Notes under the pieces: model-generated
What the model saw: the letters and a program-made list of their open reading frames with translations, nothing else
The model's database searches: none
Told to the model about the DNA's origin: nothing
Assembly (NCBI GenBank): GCA_965240325.2
Contig: OZ251231.1
Span: 930,001-994,000, forward strand
Direction of reading: 5' to 3'
From: Rebecca billardiae RCC1528
Taxonomy: Eukaryota; Protista; Haptophyta
DNA length: 64,000 bases
Shown: positions 1 through 11,200 of the stretch, one piece after another
How the letters are laid out: each line of letters starts with the position of its first letter
Numbering within the stretch: the first letter of the stretch is position 1
Made by a program: the position numbers and the translations under genes

Positions 1-292
1 GGCTCGGTCGCGCGCACGAGGCTGCTCGCGGCCGAATCGTGCCGTGTACCGTCAAGCTGTACCGTGCGCGGCGAGGCGCACTCAGACGTCGGCGTGGGCT
101 GGCATGCGAGGGCCCGGCAGTGCGACGCGTCGATGGAGCATGCTCCGGATACGCTTCGGCGCACTTCCCGACGCGCACGAGCCGCTCGAAGGCGCGGAAA
201 GGCGCCCAAACGGGGCAACCGCCATTTTGCGCCACTTCGGCCCGGATGGCGGTCAAGGGAAATTGCTGGTGCGCTATCCTCAGAAAAGTTTA

Positions 293-295
<3 letters not shown>

Positions 296-358
<63 letters not shown>
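296..358. repeat. (TA)n microsatellite
   Basis: About 31 perfect TA units; the source of the spurious IYIYIY ORFs. Confidence 0.98.
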
Positions 359-363
<5 letters not shown>

Positions 364-463
364 GTCGTCGTACTACGACGTCGTAGCAGTCATCTGTATA
401 GTCATATTCCAGTGTTGATGTGTGCACCAGCACTCTGCACTGCATCACCTGGTACCTGTCAGC

Positions 464-2719
464 CTAGTTCGGGGCCATACCCTCCAGTCGGCGGTCATCA
501 TTCAACGTGATGTCACCTGGGAGGAACATCTCGTCGAGAGCCTTGCCCGGGGCGACCATGGGCAGGCAGATGTCGGGCGTCACCTTGAAGTCGACCAGCA
601 CCGGCCCCGCGGTGGCGAACATCTTCTCCACGCACGCACTCAGCTCGGACTCGTGCTCGCAGCTCCACGCGTTGATGCCAAACGAGCGCGCGAGCATCGC
701 GTAGTCCGGGTTCACGTTGTCCGTGGCGACAAGACGCCCGTCAAAGAAGAGCTTCTGCCAGACATGAACCATCTGCTGCCTGCCGTCGTTCAGGATGAAC
801 ATCTTCAGCGGGAGGCCGTGCTCTGCGACCGTGCCCAGGTCGTTGAGCGTCATGTTGAAGGACGAGTCACCGTCGATCAGCACGACGGTCGAATCCGGCC
901 GCGAGAGCTGCGCGCCGACGGCCGCCGGCAGCCCAAAGCCCATCGTGCCCAGTGATCCCGACGTGACGATCGTGCGAGGCTGCGACCAGCGGTAGAATTG
1001 GGCCGCCTGCGCGCGCGGCGCGCGGGGTGTGTGCGCGAGCCCAGCGCGCATGCGTCTCAGCGCATCTCCGTGGCACCACGCAGGCACACTGGCGCGCGGA
1101 GGCAGCGCCTGGACGGGAGTGCTCGGGCAGGCGCACGCACGCGCACCATCATCTGGTGGTTACCCACTCCGGTCGAGACCACGAGCTTCTCCTGGAGCGG
1201 CCCCTTGGTCACCTGGTACATGCGCTCGATCACCTGCTGCGTCTTGAGCCGGCCGTCGGGCGCGGGCGTGTACGCGAACGGCACCTGCGCCTTCCACGCG
1301 CGCAGCTGCTCGTGCCATGCGGTGCGCGGCTGGTGCTGGACGAGCGGCAGTAGCGCCTCGATCGCCTCGCCGCAGTCGCCCTCGATGGCGTGCGTCGGCT
1401 GCACGACGCGCCCGATCTGCGAGCGCTCGATGTCGAAGTGCACGATGCCGCCGCGCCCCTCGCGCTCGGCCGCCTTGGCCGCGGGCGCGTACTTTGGAAG
1501 CACGCCCGTCGTGCGGTCGTCAAAGCGCGAGCCGACGGCGAGGATCAGGTCGGCGTTCTGAACGGCGTAGTTGGCGTACGCGGCGCCGTGCATGCCGAGC
1601 ATGTGCAGGGAGAGGTCGTCATGCTCGTCGAACGTGCCCATCGCGTGGAGCGTGGTGGTGACGGGGATGTTGGACGCGTGCGCGAGCGCGCGCAGCGAGT
1701 CCGCGTAGTCGACCGCGCCCTGGCCGACGTACAGGATCGGCCGCTCGCACTCGTTCATCAGCTTCGCGACGGGGGCCAGAATGGACGCGTCGATGGGCGG
1801 CGTGGGCGGCTGCGGCACGACGGGCAGCGACTCGCCCTGCAGCAGCGCGACCATCACGTCCTTGGGCAGGTCGAGGTGCACCGGGCCCTTCTTGCCCTGC
1901 TGCGCGACCGCAAACGCCTCGTGCACGACCGAGCGCACCTCCTCGACCGTGCGCACCTGGTACGACCACTTGCAGCACGGCCGGGTGAGGTCGACAGCCG
2001 AGCACTCCTGGAACGCGTCCGTGCCGACGACACTCGTCGGCACCTGCCCCGACAGCGCGACGATCGGCACCGAGTCGCCCTTGGCGTCCTGCAGCGGCGT
2101 GATGATGTTGGTGAGGCCTGTACGGCGCGCGCGAGCGGTGGAGGCCAGGTGGGTTCGGGGCACGCGGCCAGCGCGAGCGACGGGCGAGACGCGCTGCGGT
2201 GGGACGACGATGCATGGCGCGCGCCGTGCCAGCGTGCGCGCGCGCGCGCGGCGCACCTGGGCCTGAGGTCGTGAGAATCACACCGACACGGCCCGACGCC
2301 TTGGCGTATCCCTCGGCGGCTAGGGTGAGGGGCGCGGCGCGTGCGCGGCGGCGGCGGCGCGATGAGCGCGCGGCGCGCGCGCGCGGCGCGCGCGCGTGCG
2401 CGTGCGCTTGCGCACCGTGACCGCAGCATTGCTCCGAGCGGTTCATGACGAAGTTGATGGGGGATGCGTGGAACGCGTCGAGCACGGGCAGGTTCGCGCC
2501 GCCCGAGTACCCAAAGACGTGCTCCACGCCGCACTCGACGAGGGCGTCGTGCAGGATGCGCCCGCCCGGCATGGGCGCGAGCTCGTCCGCAGCGTCATCC
2601 GCGAGCGTGGCGAAGGCCCGGCGGGCGACAGGTGCGAACTGTGCGGCGCGGAGCGACACGTGCGATCTTCGTCCCAGCCGGGCGGCCACCCGCGGGCGCG
2701 CCACGCCGAGCGCAAGCAT
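464..2719 (-). CDS. ILV2: Acetolactate synthase (AHAS) catalytic subunit, 4 exons (predicted introns 2320-2415, 2118-2256, 1007-1146), with an N-terminal organelle transit-like peptide
   Basis: Spliced motifs VFGYSGGA, EQCCGH|AAEGYAKASG, TSGPG|LTN, GQVPTSVVGTDAFQE, GPVHLDLPKDV, MLGMHG, RFDDR, GVGNHQM|AAQFY, SGSLGTMGFGLPAAVGA and the ThDP motif DGDSSF...LND. GT-AG junctions restore the frame. Confidence 0.96.
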
Positions 2720-3100
2720 CGCCGCCCCCGTCCACAAGCCACGACTCCACGAGGTCGGCCCGCCCCTGAAAATGATTCATCGATGGCGTCCGGCACAGGC
2801 TGACGAAATCTGCGTGATCTCATCTCAAATCATCCGGCTCAACAGAAAGTCCGGCAAAAGTCCGGAATACCGTTGGAGAGTCCGGAGACGTCCGGGTCAG
2901 TGCGGCGGGTACAGCCCCGCAGCCCACTGAACCGGGTTCGGCACTGCGCCAGCCACTCAGCGGCGAGCGCGGGCCTTCGGCGTTTGAAAATGACGGCTGC
3001 GCTGGCGAGCAAGCCGGGCTGCAAGGGGCCTCGCTGGGGCCCAGCGCAAGCCCCAGTGCAGCCCACTGCGCACACCCACAGTCGACACAGCAGCGAAGCC

Positions 3101-3492
3101 ATGGCTAAGGTGCGCGCCGCCGCCTTCGCGCGCCGCGCGTGCGAACGCGAGCGCGTTCGTCGGGCGCATCGCGGGTGGGGGGGTGCGTGGACACCCGCCG
3201 CATCGCCCCGCGCGCTCGGCGCCCCGCGCACCGGACGTTTCGCGCCGCCGGGCGCGCACAACTGACTTCGGCCGAGCTCGCGCCCACTCGCGCACAGGCA
3301 GCGAAGGGCAGCAAGGCGGAGGGCAAGAAGGGCAGCGGCAAGAAGCTGTCGGGCTTCATGAAGTTCTCCAAGGAGAACCGCGAGAAGGTCAAGGAGGAGA
3401 ACCCGGGCATCACGTTCGGCCAGATCGGCAAGAAGCTCGGCGAGATGTGGCGCGCGCTGGACGACGCCGAGAAGGCAAAGTACAACGCCTAA
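3101..3492 (+). CDS. Small single HMG-box protein (NHP6/HMGB-like), 2 exons (intron 3110-3297), ~67 aa
   Basis: ATGGCTAAG|GTGCGC...ACTGAC...GCACAG|GCA; [48 protein letters not shown] is a canonical HMG box. Confidence 0.93.
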
Positions 3493-5095
3493 AGAAGCTC
3501 CCGGGCTTCGGCTGGCCACGTGGGAATCGACTTCGCGGACCGTCTCGTCCACGCGCTCGACTCTTGCTCCGCTCTTCGCTCCACCAACGAGCTGCTGGGC
3601 TGCCGCAGCCGCGCGTGCTGACTTGCTCACGCTTCGCGTTTCAAACGCAAGCCAACGCCCGTCGCCGCCTCGGTTCGTGGTCGTCGACGAACGCCGACGG
3701 CCACGCGTTCTGGCCGCACGCAGCATGGGCGGCGTCATCGCGCCTGCTGTGCGCTTGGCGAATACGCTGCGGGCTCAGACAACTTCCAACCAGGACAACT
3801 TGCGGTCGCTCGGCACGGTCCTGCGAAGGCAGATCTTCCCTCGTGACTCGGCCGACGAGCGCCCCTTGCCACAGTATTTATTGACTACGCAAGGTCCACG
3901 ACCGACCGCGCCGTCTGCTTCAGAAAGATAACCAGTCCAAGCTTCATACCTAGATACGCCACTAGCGTCACGCCGTCACCCGTCGCGACGTGCCATGTCA
4001 CATGATAATAATTTCAATGATATGTCGGTTCGGCTTCGTCAGAAGTTCAGGCGCGGCTGGCCGGGTGGCGGGCCAGTGGCAGTGGAAACTCAGCGGCCTG
4101 CTCCGGCACCGGCTCCGAGTGGGCGAGTGGCGTCAGCGGTCAGTGACAGTGGCCGGAGTCCGCCTGAGCAGTCCGGTCGCCGAGTCCCGGCGAGACGGTG
4201 CCGAGTGGCGAGTCCGCGCGGCCCGCGGGTCCCCGCCCCTGACGGACCCGGTCCCGCGCCCCCGGACCCGCCGGGGCCACTGTCTACTCAGTACTCACTA
4301 ACTACTAAACTAGTCACACTAGACCTAAGACCTACGTGTCCCGGAGTCCCGGGCTTACCGTGCCGTGCCGGCCTCCGTCAGTCTCAGTCACGTACCCGGA
4401 CCCGGTGCCCGCAGACGGCGGCAGAGTCAGACGCAGGCTCACGCAGACGCAGTCACGCAGGGTCCGCACGCAGCGCCGCCGGCCAGCGGCAGACAGACAG
4501 GGCAGTCACGCCAGTCACCTCACACCTGCCCCGTTACCGGGCGGTCGCCGTCCGGGCTCCGGCCACTCGGGCCAGTCCCGACTCGACAGTCACGCGACGC
4601 AGTGCCAGGCCCAGTGGCCTTCCGGGGGGGTGAGGGGGCGCCGGACCGCCGGCCGCGGGCCCCGCGGCCCGCCGATCCGAGGTGGGATAGCCGGGTACCG
4701 ACTAGGTAGTAGGCCACGCGCATGTCGGCATGCCGACTGGGCGTCGACAGCCGTGCCAGTGACCATGACCCGCCGACCGTGTCCCTGCCACGCCGACAAT
4801 CAGGACACTCGACTGCAGGCGAGTGAGGCGAGTCGCGCTCAGCCGTGGAACGCACAGGTCGGACGAGAACGCCCTGCAGCCACCCGCTCGCTCGGTCACA
4901 GCTCCAGCGCCCAGCTGTGAGCTGTGAGCAGGCGCGGTAGCACGAGCGACTGTGTCTGCGACACAGACAGGCAGCACGAACTCGAAGGCAAGCGCGCCAG
5001 TCGTGAGTGAGCCATGGATCCAGCCAGATGGACAGTGCGCCGAAAGCATGGGTTGTGGACGTTGAGCTACGTCGCCGGAGGTGGAGACAGACCGC

Positions 5096-6557
5096 CTACA
5101 AGTCGTCGTCGTCGTCTGCGCCCACATCCTCGTCGTCGTCGTCGTCCACGATGAAGCCCTCCATCTCATCCTCGTCGCCGTCTGCAGGCGCCGGGCGGGC
5201 GGGGCGCGCGCGTGGGGTGCTGTTAGGATCGGGCAGGGAGAAGAAGGTTCGAAGGGTGCGCGCGGCTGCAGTAGCGCACCATCGGCGGACATCTCAGCTT
5301 CTTCCTCATCGTCGTCGTCGTCGTCATCGCCCAGCCGCCTTCGACCGGCGCCCGCGCGCGAGCGCGACGCGGGGCGGCGAGCGGAGCTCGAGCGCGGCCG
5401 CGCTGGCGCGCGTCGGCGCGGTGCGCGATTGCCAGGGGTGGAGGCCCGGCGCTTGCGCCCGGTGACCTGCGCGCGGATGGCACCCAGGTCACCCGCGTCG
5501 ACGTCGTCATCGCCCTCCAAGAAGCCCGAGTCCCAGCCGCCCGCGCCGCCCCCGCCGAATTGTGAGGTGCGCCGCTCCTGCGAGACGAGCAGCCGCTTCT
5601 TCTCCTCCTCCAGCTGCACACGCACGCACGCGCGCGCGTGCGTGGCGTGGGCGGCGGCAAAGGAGCTGGTCAGTCGCCGCCGCGAGCCTGCGCGGGCAGC
5701 GAGCGCGGCGGTGCGCGCATGGCGGCGAGGCGTACCCGCTCGAGCGCCTCCTTGGCCTTCTCCGGGTCGTCGATGGTGGAGGTCATGCGGATCTTGCGCT
5801 CCTTGCCGGTCGCCTTCTCAGCGACCATCTTGGCCAGCAGCTTCTGGTGCGTCTGCGAGTCACGCGTCGCCGGCTGGAAGTGGAGACGGTGGGAGAGCAC
5901 GCCGTGGCACTCGATGAGGCCGGTGTGCTTCGCAAAGATGTGCGAGTGCTCGCTGCCCATCGTCTGCTCCGTCGCCAGCAGCACCTCGGAGCCGACGTGC
6001 AGCGTGAGCGAGCCGTCAGACCAGCGCACCATGCGCGAGTTGGACTCCTTCACTGGCCGGCCCTCCGCGTCCTTCTCGCTGCCGTACCGCCAGCGGATCA
6101 CGTTCTCGCGCCCGCTGTGTGGCATCCTCGCCTCCTCGTCCGGATCGTACGTCTGCGGGTCGAACGGGCGCGGCTCGATGCCCAGGATGTTGGGCAGGCG
6201 CACCAGGCAGAGCTGGCCGGGCCCCGGCCTCGGCAGCTCGGGCACCTCCACGTGCAGCGGCGGGGCACGGCCGACGTCCTCGGCCGCGGAGCGCTCATGA
6301 CGATCACGCGCGTCCTCATCATCAGCCTCGTCTGAATCGCGCTCGCCGAACAGGTCCTCATCGAGAGCCGATGCGTGCGCTCGCGAGCCCTCGCCCTCAT
6401 CCGGGCGTGCAGCTGGCTGCGCAGCTGCCTCCGCCTCATCCTCATCCTCGGAACCGAAGAGGTCCTCAAACGTCGCGGCCGCCGGCTCAGCTGAAGGCTC
6501 AGCCGAAGGCTGATCGGCTCCATCGACGGCCTCCTCCGCGTCCGGCCCCTCCTCCAT
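5096..6557 (-). CDS. LEO1: RNA polymerase-associated PAF1 complex subunit Leo1, 3 exons (predicted introns 5614-5735, 5182-5279)
   Basis: Leo1 domain: PNILGIEPRPFDPQTY...ENVIRWR...ESNSRMVRWSDGSLTLHVGSE; acidic N- and C-termini (DLFG repeats, GFIVDDDD). Confidence 0.92.
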
Positions 6558-6672
6558 GACTTCACGCGCACACGCGCGACCCCTCTCTGCTCGCGGCCGC
6601 GCCTAGCGTCTGGCCAAGGGCGGTGTCTGGCGTCGGCTGGGGCGCTCTCGAATCTCGATCCGGGTACTGCCG

Positions 6673-6686
6673 TACCCCCATACTGG
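6673..6686. promoter_or_regulatory. Recurrent upstream motif TACCCCCATACTGG (copy in the LEO1/SMN divergent promoter)
   Basis: The exact 14-mer also occurs at 25319-25332 and 51480-51493, with a 10-nt core at 13824-13833; all lie just upstream of minus-strand genes. Confidence 0.5.
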
Positions 6687-6801
6687 GGACTTGGAGGAAA
6701 AGCCGTGATGACGACGTGGAAAGCCGCCATCGTCAGAGGACGTGAACCGTGCGAAGCGTGGACACGGTGCGGGTTGACGCGCGTCGGCGAAGCGCTTCCT
6801 C

Positions 6802-7758
6802 ATGAGCTCGCGGTCCGACGACGGCGCGGATGAGAGCGACGAGCTCGATGGCGGGCCAGTCGTCCTGGATCGCCTGCAGAATCTCGCGCTGCACGGCGAC
6901 GCGTGGGACGACAGCGCGCTGATCGATGCATGGGAGGAGGCGGTCGATACGTACCGCCGGGCACACTCCGCAGGCAGGACGCCCCGCGGAGCTGGCGCGG
7001 GCGCAAGCACCTCAGCTGCGGCCACTGCTGGGACGACGCGCTCGCTGCCCCAGGCGCGTGACAAAGGCCATGCTCATCGATCATCCGCGCCGCGACAGAT
7101 GGGCGCATTGGAAGCACGGGACACGCCCAGCCGCATCGATGGCTACAGAGCCGACAACGACGCGTCACACCATGGCGCCACCGCCGCGCAGCCCAACCAG
7201 CGCCAGACAACCCCTGTCGACGCGGCGGCCGCCGCGCAGGCAGCGTGGGCCGCCTGGTACCAGCAGCAGCAACACGCCCCCCCGTGCACGCCTGCCTCCG
7301 CCGCGGCCTCGGCGTCAGTGGCTGCCGGGGGCCCTGCAGGACCTCCTGGCTGGCAGCACCTGAGCACGGGGCCAGGCTGGGGCGCGCACGCAACAGGCGG
7401 GAGCGCCGCGCCGGGACCCTATGGCACCGCTGCTCCCGGTGGCGTCCCGGCGTATGCGCACTACCCTCCTCCAACATGGCCCGCGCCTCCGCCCTTCTCG
7501 CCGCAAGCGCCGCCAACCTACGCAGCGCCTGTGCCTCCGGCTCCGGCATCGCAGTACCACTGGAGCGCAGCCGGGTGGCCCGGCGTCCCATCGACACCTC
7601 ACTACGGCACGCAGCCGGCTAACCCACCTGCATACACGCCGCCTGCTCCGCTGCCCGAGGGCGCCGCGACAGACCTGAGCAACCTTCTCTTGGCATGGTA
7701 CTACGCGGGCTACTACACAGGCCAGTACCACGCTCAACAAGAGGCGCGAAGGCACTGA
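6802..7758 (+). CDS. SMN: Survival motor neuron (SMN)-like protein without a Tudor domain
   Basis: N-terminal Gemin2-binding motif DAWDDSALIDAWEEAV and C-terminal YG-box DLSNLLLAWYYAGYYTGQY, separated by a Pro/Ala-rich linker. Confidence 0.88.
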   Translation: MSSRSDDGADESDELDGGPVVLDRLQNLALHGDAWDDSALIDAWEEAVDTYRRAHSAGRTPRGAGAGASTSAAATAGTTRSLPQARDKGHAHRSSAPRQMGALEARDTPSRIDGYRADNDASHHGATAAQPNQRQTTPVDAAAAAQAAWAAWYQQQQHAPPCTPASAAASASVAAGGPAGPPGWQHLSTGPGWGAHATGGSAAPGPYGTAAPGGVPAYAHYPPPTWPAPPPFSPQAPPTYAAPVPPAPASQYHWSAAGWPGVPSTPHYGTQPANPPAYTPPAPLPEGAATDLSNLLLAWYYAGYYTGQYHAQQEARRH

Positions 7759-8217
7759 CAGGTGCCCAGGACAGCCGCGCGGCAAACTTACCGCCGTCTG
7801 CGAACTCACTATGCTCGCTTACCGTGTTCAGCCGTCACAGCAGCCTGACTCGACGTAGCGTTCATTCAGCGTGATTGGATTCGGCAGGACGGAAGCGGAT
7901 ATAATTATGATGGCTAATCGACGGTGACCTGATGAACGACGCCCAGCGCGGTTGCATCACGGCGTACACGACCTTCTCCAGATGACGCAGACACTAGACA
8001 GCGCTCAGATCTGTTCCATCGCGGGCAGCGAAGTGGCGCGGAGAGCAGAGTCATAAGATCTGACTCGGATCCCGCTTGCCGCGGAGTCGCTAACCTTCCG
8101 CCTCGTTCTCCCCACGCGCCGCTCTCACAGCTCAGCTCATCTCTTGTGATCACACGGCGAGTGTCGCGCATCTGAGAGAAAAGGACTTCGATACGTTGCC
8201 AGTCGTCGCTTTGAGCA

Positions 8218-11200
8218 TCACAGCATGACACCGTAGTCGTTCTCGTCAACGTGCAGCGTGAAAATGACGGTGCGGTCTCTGCGGCCGGGACTCGGCGATG
8301 CGCGAGCTAGGGCGGTCTCCCACGCATCATCCTTCGGCCATCGTGGTGGTGTTTGCTCCACAGAAGCGGTGCTGTCCGGGGTGGGGTCGGATGAGCGGCT
8401 CAGTGGGCTCTTCGCAGCCAGCGCGTGTGGAGCGTCGTCGGCTGTGCTGGGCGAGGAGGCCTCGGGCTCGACCCAGCCGCTCGGCGACTTCGGCGCGGTG
8501 TCGACTGCGTGTGGCTGGGGCTTACCCAGCACGAAGAGCAGAGAAGGGAGCAGCACGATGGCGTTGACGAAGTTCAGAATCGTCAGCAAGACCATGGGGT
8601 AGAAGAAGTACTTCACAACAAAAGGGAACGCTGCGAACGCGATCATGGCGATACCCAGCACGGTCGAGCACGCAGAATCGAACAGGGGATGCAGCGACCG
8701 CGTGTAGGCAAAGTCCAGCCGCTCTGCAGCCGTTCCGTGAGCCTGTAGAAAGGCGATGCTGAAGTGGCCCGCGTACTCCGAGGCGCACCCGATGGATGCC
8801 ACAACCGCCATGACGAGCGCGCCGTTGATTTTCATGCCGGCGAAGGCGAGGCAGCCTGCAAGCTGGCAGAGGTTGAGCAGCAGTGTCAGCGTCATGATGC
8901 ACGCCTCCCGCAAGGCGCCCATGAAGAGCACGGACACGCCGAGCACGACGAGCAGCGCCACCGTGATGCCACGGACACACCAGAATCGCAGGTGCACGTA
9001 CCGCTCGCACCGGTAAAACGGCAACCCGAGCGCGTACGACGGGATGCCTCTGCCGCTCGCCTCATCACAGATCGAAGCAAGCCGACCGACGAAGGCGATG
9101 CACGCCCCTGGCTGCTGGACGCCGTGCACGTAGAGGGGGATCTCGGCGTAGACGATGCTGCCATCCGAGTCGTAGCCGAAGTTTCCTTGCGCTTGTGCGA
9201 ACGCCAGCGCATCTGCCTCTCTCCACGCAACAAAGCTGTCGTAGAACGCCTCCCTTGGCAGCAAGCCGCTCTCGTCCAGCGTGCCCGTGGAGTTCGCGAA
9301 GTCCAGCAGCGCCTGCAGCCAGAAGGGCGGCAGCGGCCGGACGGCCTCTGGGACCACGGCAAGCTCTGCGTGCAGATCGAGGATGGCCCGCTGGCTCGAT
9401 GGCTCCTCGTATGCGAGCGCCTTTGTCGCCACCGTGACCTGCGCATGGCGCGCACACGTGGGCGCGGAGTCCATTGTAAGCACGGCATGCAGCCGTGCGG
9501 CGGGCGGAGGATGGACGCACAAGTCACAACAACACACCGGGAAGAAGCTGAAGTAGTCACCCTCCGCCTTGAGGTATGCTGAAGTGATATCTGTCTCCGG
9601 CACGAGCTCCTGTGCACGTGATCCCAGCGGCGAGTGCGTATGCGCGTTGGGGCGAGGGTTGTTATGTGTGCACGGTGTGCGGAGCGCATGCGTGCACGCT
9701 CTGGTTCACGCTCGAGGACGGCTGCGGCGCGGGCGAGGTTGCGCGCACCGAGAGTATGAGGCCAGGTTCCATGGTGCACACACCAACGAGGGCTACCGCC
9801 GTGGCGACACCAAACACGGAAATCACGCCCCAGTGGCCCGCCGGAGCCGATATGGCACGGGCGAGGGTGCGCGCGATCGTGATGACGATGCCCTCGCGCC
9901 GGAGGCTTGCGCACTGCGTCGCGGCCGAGCCGTCGTGCGCCCCATCCGCGGCGGTCGCCGGCGCACCCTCTGGAGCGAGTGAGTCGCTGCGCGGGTGGGC
10001 ATCATCAACCAGCCCGATGCCATCAGGACCGCGCCGACCGAGCCAACGCGGTGGGCAGCAACGGCCACCCACGTTGCTCTCCACCGGGGCAGCCTCCACG
10101 TCCGCACTGTGACCGTTTCGCCCCGCAGAAGAGCCACCGTCATGGTGCGGTTCGTCTGTTGAGCTCACGAGCTTGGGCGGAGGTGGCTTTCGCCGGTCCA
10201 ACATCGCAATGAGCGCCGGCACACCGACGAGCGTCACGGCAGCGTTGAAGAACAGCAAGATGCCACACTGTCGAGAGAAGTTCATGATCGCGTGCAGCGG
10301 GATGGTTGAGGCTGCGGCATACGCAGCGCCATTCGTGCAGCCGGTGAAGAGGATGGACGGCCCCACAGCCCGAGTGACGCGCGGCACAACCTCCTCAGGC
10401 GTCGGGTGACCGCCGGCGGCACGAGCCACAGCCATGTCGTGTTGGTAGGTGTGCAGTATCAGGAACAGGCCGTCGACCGCGATGCCGAGCGCGACGAAAG
10501 GCAGAACAGTCAGCGTCAGGATGGACGATGGCACGCCCACAGCGCATGCGAGACCGAAGCCACCAGCAAGGTCGCATAGCAGAAGCGCGAGGCCTGCGAG
10601 CGCGAGGCGAGGCGTGCGCAGCACGAGGAGGACGTACACCACCATCAGCAGGTATCCGGCGCCGACAGCCTGCGAGGCTGAGCCCATGTGCTCATCGACG
10701 ACGCGCAAGAACGCATCCGACACGAAGACGGACGCGCTCGATGTGCTGAGGGGCACCTGCGGTACAAGGTGCTCCATGGCGAGCCGAAAGGCGCCGGTGA
10801 GCTGCGCAGCCTCACTCAGCTCCAGATGCAGCCGATCGGCGATGACAGCGTCGCCTGCGAGTAGGATGGTGGATCGAAGCGCCGCGGCGTGGGTGACCGC
10901 ACCGGATGTCTCGTTGTGCATCAATCCGCCCAGCATGGCCTCCTCGTGCCAGTGCAAGGCCGGGATTGCCGCGGCAAAGCCATCGCAACCGCCTGCAAGC
11001 ACGCGGCCCAGGTCGACCTCGGGGTCCGCAAATGATGGCCGGCGCGTGTACGCGTCGACGCCCGCCTTCTCCAGCGTTGCACGGACTGGTGGGGCGATGC
11101 GCAGCATGCGCCAAGCATCGCCAGAGAGAGGAAAGTCGTAGCCCCCCTCGGCAAAACAATCCAGCACCGTGGTGCGGATGCACGGTGCTCTCAAGGCGTC

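Noticed and set aside
44-510. ORFs containing IYIYIY (also the ERERER ORF at 49500-49823)
   Set aside because: Microsatellite translations.
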